Below are positions 10,185 to 18,115 of a stretch of DNA of 64,000 bases, piece after piece. The notes under the pieces were generated by a model. The model saw only the letters and a program-made list of their open reading frames with translations. It did not search any database and was not told the DNA's origin. The DNA comes from Gammaproteobacteria bacterium (GTDB lineage: Bacteria > Pseudomonadota > Gammaproteobacteria > Pseudomonadales > JAUIET01), in contig JAUIET010000011.1 in NCBI GenBank assembly GCA_030429735.1, positions 81,591 through 145,590 on the forward strand, written 5' to 3'. The stretch's first letter is position 1. Each line of letters opens with the position of its first letter. The position numbers were made by a program, and so were the translations under genes.

Positions 10185-10477
10185 CTAGGGCAGCTCTGAA
10201 AAATACCCAATGCCTCTGCGCGGCCTGTAGCGTGCCGTGATGAGGCGCGTTCCGAAGGCCAGTGCTGGTCGCCTAAAGCGCCTACTGTTGGTGTCCCTGG
10301 CGAGGAGCGCAACGAAGTCACGGTGCGCTACAGGCCGCGCCCTCCGGGGCTTACAGGCGAATCCAGCCTTTTCGTTGCGAGTTTTTGGCGTACGGCCAGT
10401 ATGCCTGCAAACTCGCGCCTCAATGCTGGATTCGCCTGTATGCCAGAGGCATCGGGTATTTTTCAGAGCTGCCCTAG
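10185..10477. mobile_element. MITE-like non-autonomous element (293 bp incl. flanking TA; 31-bp TIRs, nested internal inverted repeats)
   Basis: Left end: ctaGGGCAGCTCTGAAAAATACCCAATGCCTCTG (10185-10218). Right end: CAGAGGCATCGGGTATTTTTCAGAGCTGCCCtag (10444-10477). TIR match is 30/31, and TA flanks both ends. Internal inverted repeats: GCGCGGCCTGTAGCG/CGCTACAGGCCGCGC, ACAGGCGAATCCAGC/GCTGGATTCGCCTGT and GCGAGTTT/AAACTCGC. There is no credible ORF. Confidence 0.65.
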
Positions 10478-10770
10478 ATGTTCCTGAGTAGATAAGAGTA
10501 GCTAAAGCCAGCCCAGGTACTGGCGCGCATAACGTGCCCGGGCTTTTCAATAAAGGTCTTATCCAGGAAGTCATTAACCTGGTTCCAGTCGTTAGAATAG
10601 TATGGGTGGCCCTTCAACGCGATTGGGTGCAGATAGTTATCTTCACGTTTGAGAACCTGCACTTGTATAACGCCATCGCGCAACTGCATTGCCAGCGCGT
10701 ATGTGTTTTCGGGGCTTATCCCCTCAATCGCATTGCGAACGCCCGAGATATCTTGGTCGGTAAATTGCAT
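10474..10770 (-). CDS. hypothetical protein (98 aa)
   Basis: ORF MQFTDQDISGVRNAIEGISPENTYALAMQL... has a non-repetitive, protein-like composition. Its stop codon TAG lies on the MITE terminal CTAG. No family was recognised. Confidence 0.45.
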   Translation of the reverse strand: MQFTDQDISGVRNAIEGISPENTYALAMQLRDGVIQVQVLKREDNYLHPIALKGHPYYSNDWNQVNDFLDKTFIEKPGHVMRASTWAGFSYSYLLRNI

Positions 10771-11054
10771 CGTTTAAGCCTGTGTTACCCAAAATCCAAA
10801 GTGCCGGGTAAACTGGGTTTTATCGCAGCTTACCAGAGGCCCATAAGGTTCCACGGAGGCGTGAGCCTCGAACAAAGCAGGTCTAAACAACGCCGCGCTG
10901 GCAACATCGGATGCTTTGAACTCCATCCAGCCATGATTATGCCATAGATAGAAGAGCCAAGGTGTGCAAACTCGACCATTGGAGTTTGTTGGCGACAGAC
11001 AGCGGTTTCCGGAGCGTGTGCTGGACGCTAAGTGCTAGCGGTAGTACCGTTCAT

Positions 11055-11801
11055 TCAGTCAGAACCGTCGCGGCGCACCATTGGGCTGAACAGTCCGTAT
11101 TTCCAGGACCGCATCGCCATCACCACCGTTACGCCGTGGCGCTCGCTCAGGCTGAGAGAAGCGTCTTCATTGTTCAACTCGTCAAACTCGCGGATTAAAC
11201 GCATTAGCTTGCGCTGGAATTCGGCATTGGAATTGTTGGACAGCATGCCGTTCAGAACAAGCAGCCGCTCACCGTCTCGATCAAACCGGGTGCGAAAGTA
11301 CTCCCTGCCAATTTTATCCTGAAAGAAGCGCTGGATAGGGCCGTTATCTCGCCATGCAAAATTAGGGGCAATCAGCAGCTTGATTCGATTTTTAGGCAGC
11401 AACTCAATGATTTTAAGCTTGTCGAGCAGCGCGAGTTTTTGAATGCAGTCAGTTTCGCTGATCTTGTAATAGCTGCAAATGTCTTCCAGCGTCCAGCGAT
11501 TTAATGCGCAGATGGTGACCAGTAACAACTCGAGGTCATCGGCGATCTGTTGCTCTTTTTCAACATCAAGTTGTTGCAGCAATGGCGAGCGTTCGTGCAT
11601 TTGCTGAACCAGGTCAGAAATTTCCATGCCCAGCATCGAGCAGGTTTGTTCCAACCGCTGCAAAGTGAAGCTATTGTCTGAAAACAGGCGTTTGACGCTG
11701 GCTTCGGACAATTGCAAGGTTTCAGCGACGTCTGCGTAGGTTTTACCATGCGCTTTTAGGGCTGATTTTAAGGTCTGAATAAGAGGTTTAACCTGAGCCA
11801 T
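11055..11801 (-). CDS. XRE-family helix-turn-helix transcriptional regulator with ~180-aa C-terminal domain
   Basis: HTH segment KTYADVAETLQLSEASVKRLFSDNSFTLQRLEQTCSMLGMEISDL. The ATG at 11801 (MAQVKPLIQTLK) is preferred because AAGGTG lies 8 nt upstream. The ORF-track start at 11924 adds an implausible N-terminal extension. Confidence 0.75.
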   Translation of the reverse strand: MAQVKPLIQTLKSALKAHGKTYADVAETLQLSEASVKRLFSDNSFTLQRLEQTCSMLGMEISDLVQQMHERSPLLQQLDVEKEQQIADDLELLLVTICALNRWTLEDICSYYKISETDCIQKLALLDKLKIIELLPKNRIKLLIAPNFAWRDNGPIQRFFQDKIGREYFRTRFDRDGERLLVLNGMLSNNSNAEFQRKLMRLIREFDELNNEDASLSLSERHGVTVVMAMRSWKYGLFSPMVRRDGSD

Positions 11802-11939
11802 GATAAGCACACCTTGATAGTTGGTATTATATTTTAATACTTTACGGTCAATGAAATGCAACTTGGCGATAAAAGGTTTTATTGTGTGTTCGTGCGCTTG
11901 ATACTGCTGCTTCACAGTAAGCATCAGGTAAAGCGATCA

Positions 11940-12287
11940 ATGACTCAGAATAAAAGCAATAACTCTGCAGAGAACACCCGCGCTGTTGTGCGCGCCGCAA
12001 TTCGAGATTGTAGATCGAGCAGTGTGCAAGCCCGCATTCGCAGGACACGCGTTGAGCGTAATATCGCGAACCTTCGCTACCAGCAGCGCTGGGCACGGGA
12101 TGCTGATGAGGCGAAGCGCATTGAAGCGAAATTGCTGCAGAACCTGCAACTCTGCGAAAGGGTGCTTAGAAACCTGGCTGACGCTGAAACGCAGCTACAA
12201 GCACTGTTAAAAATGGACAGAGAATTGCAGATAGGGATTCGAGCTGATTTGGTAGCGAGCGACGGTCTTCGGCCGGCTCTAAACTAA
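11940..12287 (+). CDS. hypothetical Arg-rich coiled-coil protein (115 aa)
   Basis: The ORF from the ATG at 11940 reads MTQNKSNNSAENTRAVVRAAIRD... It is divergent from the XRE regulator. Heptad-like, charged sequence. No family was recognised. Confidence 0.4.
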   Translation: MTQNKSNNSAENTRAVVRAAIRDCRSSSVQARIRRTRVERNIANLRYQQRWARDADEAKRIEAKLLQNLQLCERVLRNLADAETQLQALLKMDRELQIGIRADLVASDGLRPALN

Positions 12288-12677
12288 GTGCCAGCGTGAC
12301 TTCTACGAATTCACTTAAAATAACTGCTTTAAGCTCTTGTAATTAATGGTGAAAGGAGGCTAAATCGTACCTGCGGTATCTACGTAATCAGGATTAGCGG
12401 TTCAAAACAAGGTATTGGTGGTTATGGGGAGCATTTTTGGCTGGTATACTGGCTAAAAAATGCGCATAATCATAAAAAAGAAGCAGTCACCGAATTTAAG
12501 AACCGCAGTACTACGTCCACCTGGACACCGATTGGTGGGCGCAAGAGATTGTGGGAGAAAGAGCATGATGGAAGTTTTGGCCTATTTAGAGGTCGCTTTC
12601 TTTGTTGGGTCAGTAATTTACGTCGCATGGTATTGGTAGCCGGCGGTTACAAATAGCAGCGGAAGCAATATCCGGTG

Positions 12678-13475
12678 TTAGACGTCAACAACAAGCGCTC
12701 TAAGATACGCGTCTGCACATACCCCCCAGCCCTGCAGTAACGCGTCAATTGTAAACGCGTGCCCGATGGACACTTCCAGTAAATTGGGCAGATATCGAAA
12801 TTGAGTCAAATTGTCCAGATTGAGATCATGCCCGGCGTTTACGCCAAGACCACAGTTTGCCGCGCATTCGGCAGCAAGGCAGTACCGCTCAAATTCCCGA
12901 TTAGCCTTTCCGTCTTGGGCAAATGCCACAGCATAGGGGCCGGTATATAGTTCAATGCGATCTGCACCCAGGTCAGCCGCACGCTTGATCTGTTCAGGCT
13001 CCGGATCCATGAACAGGCTAACACGGCTGCCTGCCGCCTGGCAGCGATCGATATATTGTTTTAGCTCGCTATTGTCGTGCGTTAGGTCAAACCCATGATC
13101 TGACGTGAGTTGCTGTTGATCGTCGGGTACGAGGGTACATTGTGCAGCTTGAACAGATTCGATTAGCTCGATAAAGCCAGGGTAGTCGGCGACATCTGGC
13201 CGATTACTTTGCTGTGCACCGGCTGAGGGGTTACCTTCGATGTTAAATTCAATGCCGGCACTTTCTGCGCATAGGGCCGCAAGTGGTTTGATATCGCTTG
13301 CCCGTATATGGCGCTGATCGGGTCTGGGGTGAACCGTAATCCCATTGACACCTGAGTCAATGCTGCGTCGCGCAAAGTCGACCACATCGGGGCTGTTGCC
13401 CGCTCGCGAATTTCGAATCAGGGCTATTTTGTTTAGATTAACACTCAGTGCTATGTTAGCGATTGACTGCGTCAT
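12678..13475 (-). CDS. pdxJ: pyridoxine 5'-phosphate synthase
   Basis: LSVNLNKIALIRNSR, ITVHPRPDQRHI and IELYTGPYA motifs are characteristic of PdxJ. Confidence 0.9.
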   Translation of the reverse strand: MTQSIANIALSVNLNKIALIRNSRAGNSPDVVDFARRSIDSGVNGITVHPRPDQRHIRASDIKPLAALCAESAGIEFNIEGNPSAGAQQSNRPDVADYPGFIELIESVQAAQCTLVPDDQQQLTSDHGFDLTHDNSELKQYIDRCQAAGSRVSLFMDPEPEQIKRAADLGADRIELYTGPYAVAFAQDGKANREFERYCLAAECAANCGLGVNAGHDLNLDNLTQFRYLPNLLEVSIGHAFTIDALLQGWGVCADAYLRALVVDV

Positions 13476-14125
13476 TGAATGCGGTGAATGCTCTCAATGA
13501 TGATGTCCTGCTTCGGAACGTTTTCATACTCGGCAACGTCGTTCATCACGCGCTCGGTGTGCTGAATTGAAATGGTGTCGACCACATCCAAACCTTTCGT
13601 GACCTCACCAAACACCGCGTAGCCGGGTTCACCCAGTCGGTAATTGAGGCTAAAGTTCATTCGCACGTTGATAAAAAATTGTGCCGTGGCACTGTCAGGG
13701 TCGGAGGTGCGCGCCATCGCCAGTGTGCCGCGGTCGTTGCGAATTCGGTTTTTCGATTCGTTTTTAATCGGGTCGCGGGTTTCCCGTTCTATCATGCCAG
13801 GCAAGAAACCACCTCCCTGAATCATAAAACGCGGAATAACGCGGTGGAATACCGTGCCGTCGTAGTGGCCAGCATCCACGTAATCGAGGAAGTTCTTTAC
13901 CGTGATCGGCGCGCGTTGATCGTATAACTTTGCTGTGATATCACCATGACTGGTCTTGATCAGTACCTTTGTATTGGCACTCTTAGTGACACCGCCGGTT
14001 TCTTCCGCCGTTACGTACGCGCACAACAGCATAAATGAAAGGCAGGCCAACGCATGCTTGGTAAATCCTGCAAGGGTGCAAGGTTGTCGATAGCATCGTT
14101 CTATGCGCAAACAGCTCATGCCCAC
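13472..14125 (-). CDS. ppiA: peptidyl-prolyl cis-trans isomerase, cyclophilin type (periplasmic)
   Basis: KNFLDYVDAGHYDGTVFHRVIPRFMIQGGGF is the cyclophilin core. A signal-like N-terminus is present. The exact start is uncertain. Confidence 0.88.
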   Translation of the reverse strand: MGMSCLRIERCYRQPCTLAGFTKHALACLSFMLLCAYVTAEETGGVTKSANTKVLIKTSHGDITAKLYDQRAPITVKNFLDYVDAGHYDGTVFHRVIPRFMIQGGGFLPGMIERETRDPIKNESKNRIRNDRGTLAMARTSDPDSATAQFFINVRMNFSLNYRLGEPGYAVFGEVTKGLDVVDTISIQHTERVMNDVAEYENVPKQDIIIESIHRIQ

Positions 14126-14793
14126 TCATTACCTTTCTTTTTAGGGACAAGACGCGGAATCACCAAGGTTAGAATGACGCCTAATACAACAGCACCGGCA
14201 CCGTTAATAAACCATTCCTGATTGGAGCGCTGTTTCAATCGCTGATTATCCGCTTTGAGTACGTCAATGCTGTTCTTGTGGGCTTCATTTTCCTTGATCA
14301 GTGACTTGTTCTTTTGACTGGTCGCAATATGGTTCTTGGAGATCGATTCGATCTCGCTGAGCCGCTGACTGAGGCTCTCTTTCTCTTTGCTGAGAGTGGC
14401 CACTGTTTGCTCAAGCTCCTTGTTGGTATTGCGCAGTTCCAGTAGCTGCTTTTGCAGAGGCTGACTTTTCGACGTGAGCGCCTCGATGGTTTTTTGTGCT
14501 TCCGCCAGGCGGTCTTCGGCGATGGGTATGGCGCTCAGGTATTGCGACGGGATGTAGCCGTCACGACCGTCCGCCAGGCGAACATGCACAAACCCCTCTT
14601 CGTCATAGCGTTGAATGACCTCAAGGCGCGTGCCACTGACCAGGCCCTTGTGCATGATTGTGTGCCGAGAAGACGGGCCAGTGCGCAACGGTACGTAGAG
14701 TTTGTCATCAACCCAACCGACTTCCGCCAACGCCAGGTTGCTGAATTGAAGCAGAGCGCACGTCACAAGCGTACTCAATACTAATCGCTTCAT
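14116..14793 (-). CDS. SH3 domain protein (YgiM/TIGR04211-like): signal peptide, SH3b, coiled coil, C-terminal TM
   Basis: Signal peptide, then YVPLRTGPSSRHTIMHKGLVSGTRLEVI...GYIPSQYL (SH3b). This is followed by a long coiled coil and the C-terminal span WFINGAGAVVLGVILTLVI. Confidence 0.75.
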   Translation of the reverse strand: MKRLVLSTLVTCALLQFSNLALAEVGWVDDKLYVPLRTGPSSRHTIMHKGLVSGTRLEVIQRYDEEGFVHVRLADGRDGYIPSQYLSAIPIAEDRLAEAQKTIEALTSKSQPLQKQLLELRNTNKELEQTVATLSKEKESLSQRLSEIESISKNHIATSQKNKSLIKENEAHKNSIDVLKADNQRLKQRSNQEWFINGAGAVVLGVILTLVIPRLVPKKKGNEWA

Positions 14794-14928
14794 CGAGTTT
14801 TTCCTTCATTGCATGGGCACAAAGAGCGCCACCTGCTGAATACTTTAATGTAAAGCAGGATTGAAGGCTGTCAAATTGTGCACAGACCGCTTGCCAGGCA
14901 GACAGGAAAAATACCAAAAAATTGGCCC

Positions 14929-15531
14929 TTAAGGTTTTGGGCCACTGGTCTCTGTATCGTCTTGTTCGCTTAGGTGCGGGGCAATCAATACAGCGGTAAT
15001 AACCGTTAGCAATAAAGTGAATCCTATCGCGCTATAGAGCTTGTAGCTGACCCAGGTGGCTTCGCTGAACTGGTAAGCGACATAAATATTGAGTGCACCT
15101 ACAATAAGGAAATTGGCCGTCCACAACACATTTAAGCGTGACCATACGTGAGCGGGAAGGGCAATTTGATCGCCAAGCCCACGTTCAAGCAAGGTTTTTT
15201 TGCCCACCAGTGGAGCACCAATGAATAGCAGGGCCAATACCCAGTTAAAAACGGTCGGCTTCCATTGAATGAAGGCTTCGCTGCGGAAAAAAAGAGTGGC
15301 TGAGCCAAAAACCGCAACGGCGGCAAAAAGTATCCACAATCGTTTCTCAATATGCCCGGCTAGCGCGCGGGTCAGCAGCAGTTGCAGTGCGGTGGCGGCA
15401 ATTAAAATAGCGGTTGCGGAATAGATTCCATCGAAGGTGTACTCAAACCCTGCCAGATTAATGGTTTGTCCATCCATCTGGTAGCTTAAGAAGAACAAAA
15501 CAATGGGTATAAGCTCGGCAAACTGCTTCAT
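14929..15531 (-). CDS. yciB: intracellular septation protein A
   Basis: From the ATG at 15531: MKQFAELIPIVLFFLSYQ..., 200 aa and multi-pass, the typical YciB/IspZ N-terminus and size. The ORF-track start at 15723 is an upstream extension. Confidence 0.85.
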   Translation of the reverse strand: MKQFAELIPIVLFFLSYQMDGQTINLAGFEYTFDGIYSATAILIAATALQLLLTRALAGHIEKRLWILFAAVAVFGSATLFFRSEAFIQWKPTVFNWVLALLFIGAPLVGKKTLLERGLGDQIALPAHVWSRLNVLWTANFLIVGALNIYVAYQFSEATWVSYKLYSAIGFTLLLTVITAVLIAPHLSEQDDTETSGPKP

Positions 15532-15695
15532 GTTTTTGGAATAGACCTGTGTGACATAAATTGCGTGAGTGGATGAGCAGCGGCGTCCTGGTGCCGCTAT
15601 AATGCGCCGCGAACCGTGACCGCGAACATGTTGATACACCAGCGTCAATCTGCTCCGCTGCGCGAAGTTTAGCTCACTAAGCCAGATTATAGCGC

Positions 15696-16544
15696 GTGAA
15701 ATTCGATTTACATTTACACACAACCGCCTCAGACGGCAGTTTGACGCCTGAAGAATTGCTTGTTCGCGCTCAGCAATGCGGTATTGATGTGCTGGCGATT
15801 ACCGATCACGATACTGTAGCAGGGGTGAGCCAGGCGCAACAATTCCGGCAAACAAGCCCGGATACGCCGACATTGATTACGGGAATTGAGCTCAGCAGTC
15901 GATGGGGAAACCAGCCCGTGCATGTGGTGGGCTTGAATATGCAGATTGAGGACCGCAGGTTTCTGCAGTTTGTCGAAAATCAACAGCGGCTGCGAGCGCA
16001 GCGCAATGAAGTGATTCTGCAGCGCTTGGAAAAAATAGGCGTCACGTCAATTCGACAAGCACTTGATATTGAGAGTGATCAGTCGCTGGCCCAGCTCGGA
16101 CGGCCACAAATCGCGGACGCGTTGGTGGGGCTGGGCATAGTCAACAGTCGGCAGCGCGCCTTCAAACAATACCTTGGCGCAGGGAAGTCTGCCTCGGTGT
16201 CGGTTAAGTGGCCAGGTTTGGCCGATACTGTGGCTGTCATTAATCAGGCCGGCGGGGATGCAGTGCTTGCTCATCCACTGCATTATCGTCTGACGGGTAG
16301 CAAGCTCAACGCCTTGCTTAAAGCGCTGCTGGACTGCGGTGGTGCAGGTTTTGAGATTATTGGCAGTGGCCAGAGTACGGCACAGCGACAGCAACTCACC
16401 AGGCTCGCCCGCAAGTTTGGCGCACGTTGCAGTATCGGCAGCGATTTTCATAGCGATGAGGCACCTTGGCAGGCATTGGGTAAGCTGCCCGATTTACCAG
16501 AAGATTGCGTGCCGGTTTGGCAAAACTGGAGCCTGACAACATGA
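15696..16544 (+). CDS. trpH: PHP-domain phosphoesterase (TrpH/YciV, RNase AM family)
   Basis: MKFDLHLHTTASDGS and ITDHDT are PHP motifs. Conserved neighbourhood with yciB and yciO. Confidence 0.85.
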   Translation: MKFDLHLHTTASDGSLTPEELLVRAQQCGIDVLAITDHDTVAGVSQAQQFRQTSPDTPTLITGIELSSRWGNQPVHVVGLNMQIEDRRFLQFVENQQRLRAQRNEVILQRLEKIGVTSIRQALDIESDQSLAQLGRPQIADALVGLGIVNSRQRAFKQYLGAGKSASVSVKWPGLADTVAVINQAGGDAVLAHPLHYRLTGSKLNALLKALLDCGGAGFEIIGSGQSTAQRQQLTRLARKFGARCSIGSDFHSDEAPWQALGKLPDLPEDCVPVWQNWSLTT

Positions 16545-17164
16545 GCCAGTTTCTGCAAATCCACCCCGATAACCCTCAGGAAAGACTTATTCGCACGGCC
16601 GCAGATATTGTGCGTCGAGGTGGGGTGATCGCGTACCCGACAGATTCTGCCTATGCCTTGGGGTGTCATATCGGTGACAAGTCTGCATTGGCCAGAATTC
16701 GTGCCTTGCGTCAGCTGGATAAACACCATAATTTCACTCTGATGGTGCGAGATCTGTCCGAACTGGCGGTGTATGCCAAAGTTGAAAACAGCGTGTTTCG
16801 AACCCTAAAGTATTTAACGCCGGGCGCGTACACCTTTGTGCTGCCCGCCACCCGCGAAGTGCCGCGGCGATTAATGCACGCCAAGCGCAAAACAATAGGC
16901 TTGAGGGTGCCGGACAATGCAGTTGCGCAGGCACTTCTTGCTGAATTGGCCGAACCTTTGATGAGCGTTACGCTGATTATGCCGGGCGATGACGAGCCCT
17001 TGATCGACCCATACGAAATTCGTGATTTGATTGGTAACCAGCTCGACCTGGTCATCGATGGTGGCTACTGTGGTATGGAACCAACCACGGTTGTGGCCTT
17101 TGAGGCAGATGGCGCCCACGTGATACGACAGGGGAAGGGCGACAGCAGCGTGTTCGGTGCTTGA
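16541..17164 (+). CDS. yciO: YciO / Sua5-YrdC family (threonylcarbamoyl-AMP synthase-like)
   Basis: GGVIAYPTDSAYALGC and YTFVLPAT motifs. The ATG at 16541 overlaps the trpH stop (ATGA). Confidence 0.85.
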   Translation: MSQFLQIHPDNPQERLIRTAADIVRRGGVIAYPTDSAYALGCHIGDKSALARIRALRQLDKHHNFTLMVRDLSELAVYAKVENSVFRTLKYLTPGAYTFVLPATREVPRRLMHAKRKTIGLRVPDNAVAQALLAELAEPLMSVTLIMPGDDEPLIDPYEIRDLIGNQLDLVIDGGYCGMEPTTVVAFEADGAHVIRQGKGDSSVFGA

Positions 17165-17272
17165 TGTCGTACACGGCGGCGCTATTTTTTTGCTCTAGAG
17201 CCCGCCGGGCAATATCTTATAGCCCTCTCAGCACGTATAATTGCCGCCAGCAGCGATCCCTCTGGTGAAAAA

Positions 17273-18115
17273 GTGAGCGAAACGGCCATTAGCAACCCGC
17301 CTGAACAACCCGATACTGACACTGGTCAGCCAATACAGCAGGAAATGCCCTTCGCGATTATCAATGGTCAGGCGATCACCGAGATACCCGCCGATCTGTA
17401 TATTCCACCGCAGGCGCTTGCCATCATATTGGAGACGTTTGAGGGCCCGTTAGATCTGTTGCTGTATCTGATAAAGCGGCAAAATCTGGACATTCTCGCG
17501 CTTGATGTACTGGAAATCACCACTCAGTACATGACCTATGTAGAGATGATGGATGCCATGCAATTTGAGCTGGCGGCTGAATATCTGGTTATGGCGGCCA
17601 TGCTTGCGCAAATAAAATCGCGCATGTTACTGCCCAGAGTCACCAATGAAGAGGGCGAGGAAGAAGACCCACGTGCCGAGCTGGTGCGGCGTCTGCAGGA
17701 GTATGAACGCTTTAAAGAGGCGGCGGAGAACATCGATCAGCTGCCTCGTGAAGGCCGTGATTTTGTGGTGGTCAGTGCCGAGGCGCCGGAGTACGAGATT
17801 GAACGCCCACAACCCAGCGTGGAAATGAAAGAGCTGATGGTGGCGATGGCCGAGGTTCTGCGCAGGGCTGAAATGTATGAGCACCATCATGTGGTGCTTG
17901 AACCTTTGTCAACGCGAGAGAAAATGACCATGTTGCTTGAGCGCGTTGGGGATCAGCAGTTCGTCAGCTTTGCCTCGGTATTTGTTATCGAAGAGGGGCG
18001 CCTAGGTGTAGTGGTGACTTTCCTGGCAATGATGGAACTGCTAAAAGAAAAGTTGATCGACATTGTGCAGTCTGAAGCCTTTGGTCCGATTCATATCAGT
18101 GCTAAGGCAGCCTAA
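17273..18115 (+). CDS. scpA: segregation and condensation protein A
   Basis: FEGPLDLLLYLIKRQNLDI is the kleisin N-terminal motif. GTG start. Its stop (TAA, 18113-18115) overlaps the scpB start codon by 1 nt. Confidence 0.9.
   Translation: MSETAISNPPEQPDTDTGQPIQQEMPFAIINGQAITEIPADLYIPPQALAIILETFEGPLDLLLYLIKRQNLDILALDVLEITTQYMTYVEMMDAMQFELAAEYLVMAAMLAQIKSRMLLPRVTNEEGEEEDPRAELVRRLQEYERFKEAAENIDQLPREGRDFVVVSAEAPEYEIERPQPSVEMKELMVAMAEVLRRAEMYEHHHVVLEPLSTREKMTMLLERVGDQQFVSFASVFVIEEGRLGVVVTFLAMMELLKEKLIDIVQSEAFGPIHISAKAA

Noticed and set aside
10185-10574. 129-aa (-) and 84-aa (+) ORFs inside the MITE-like element
   Set aside because: - They are mirror ORFs generated by the inverted-repeat structure.
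- Their composition is Arg/Ala/Pro-rich junk.
- They cross the element boundary.
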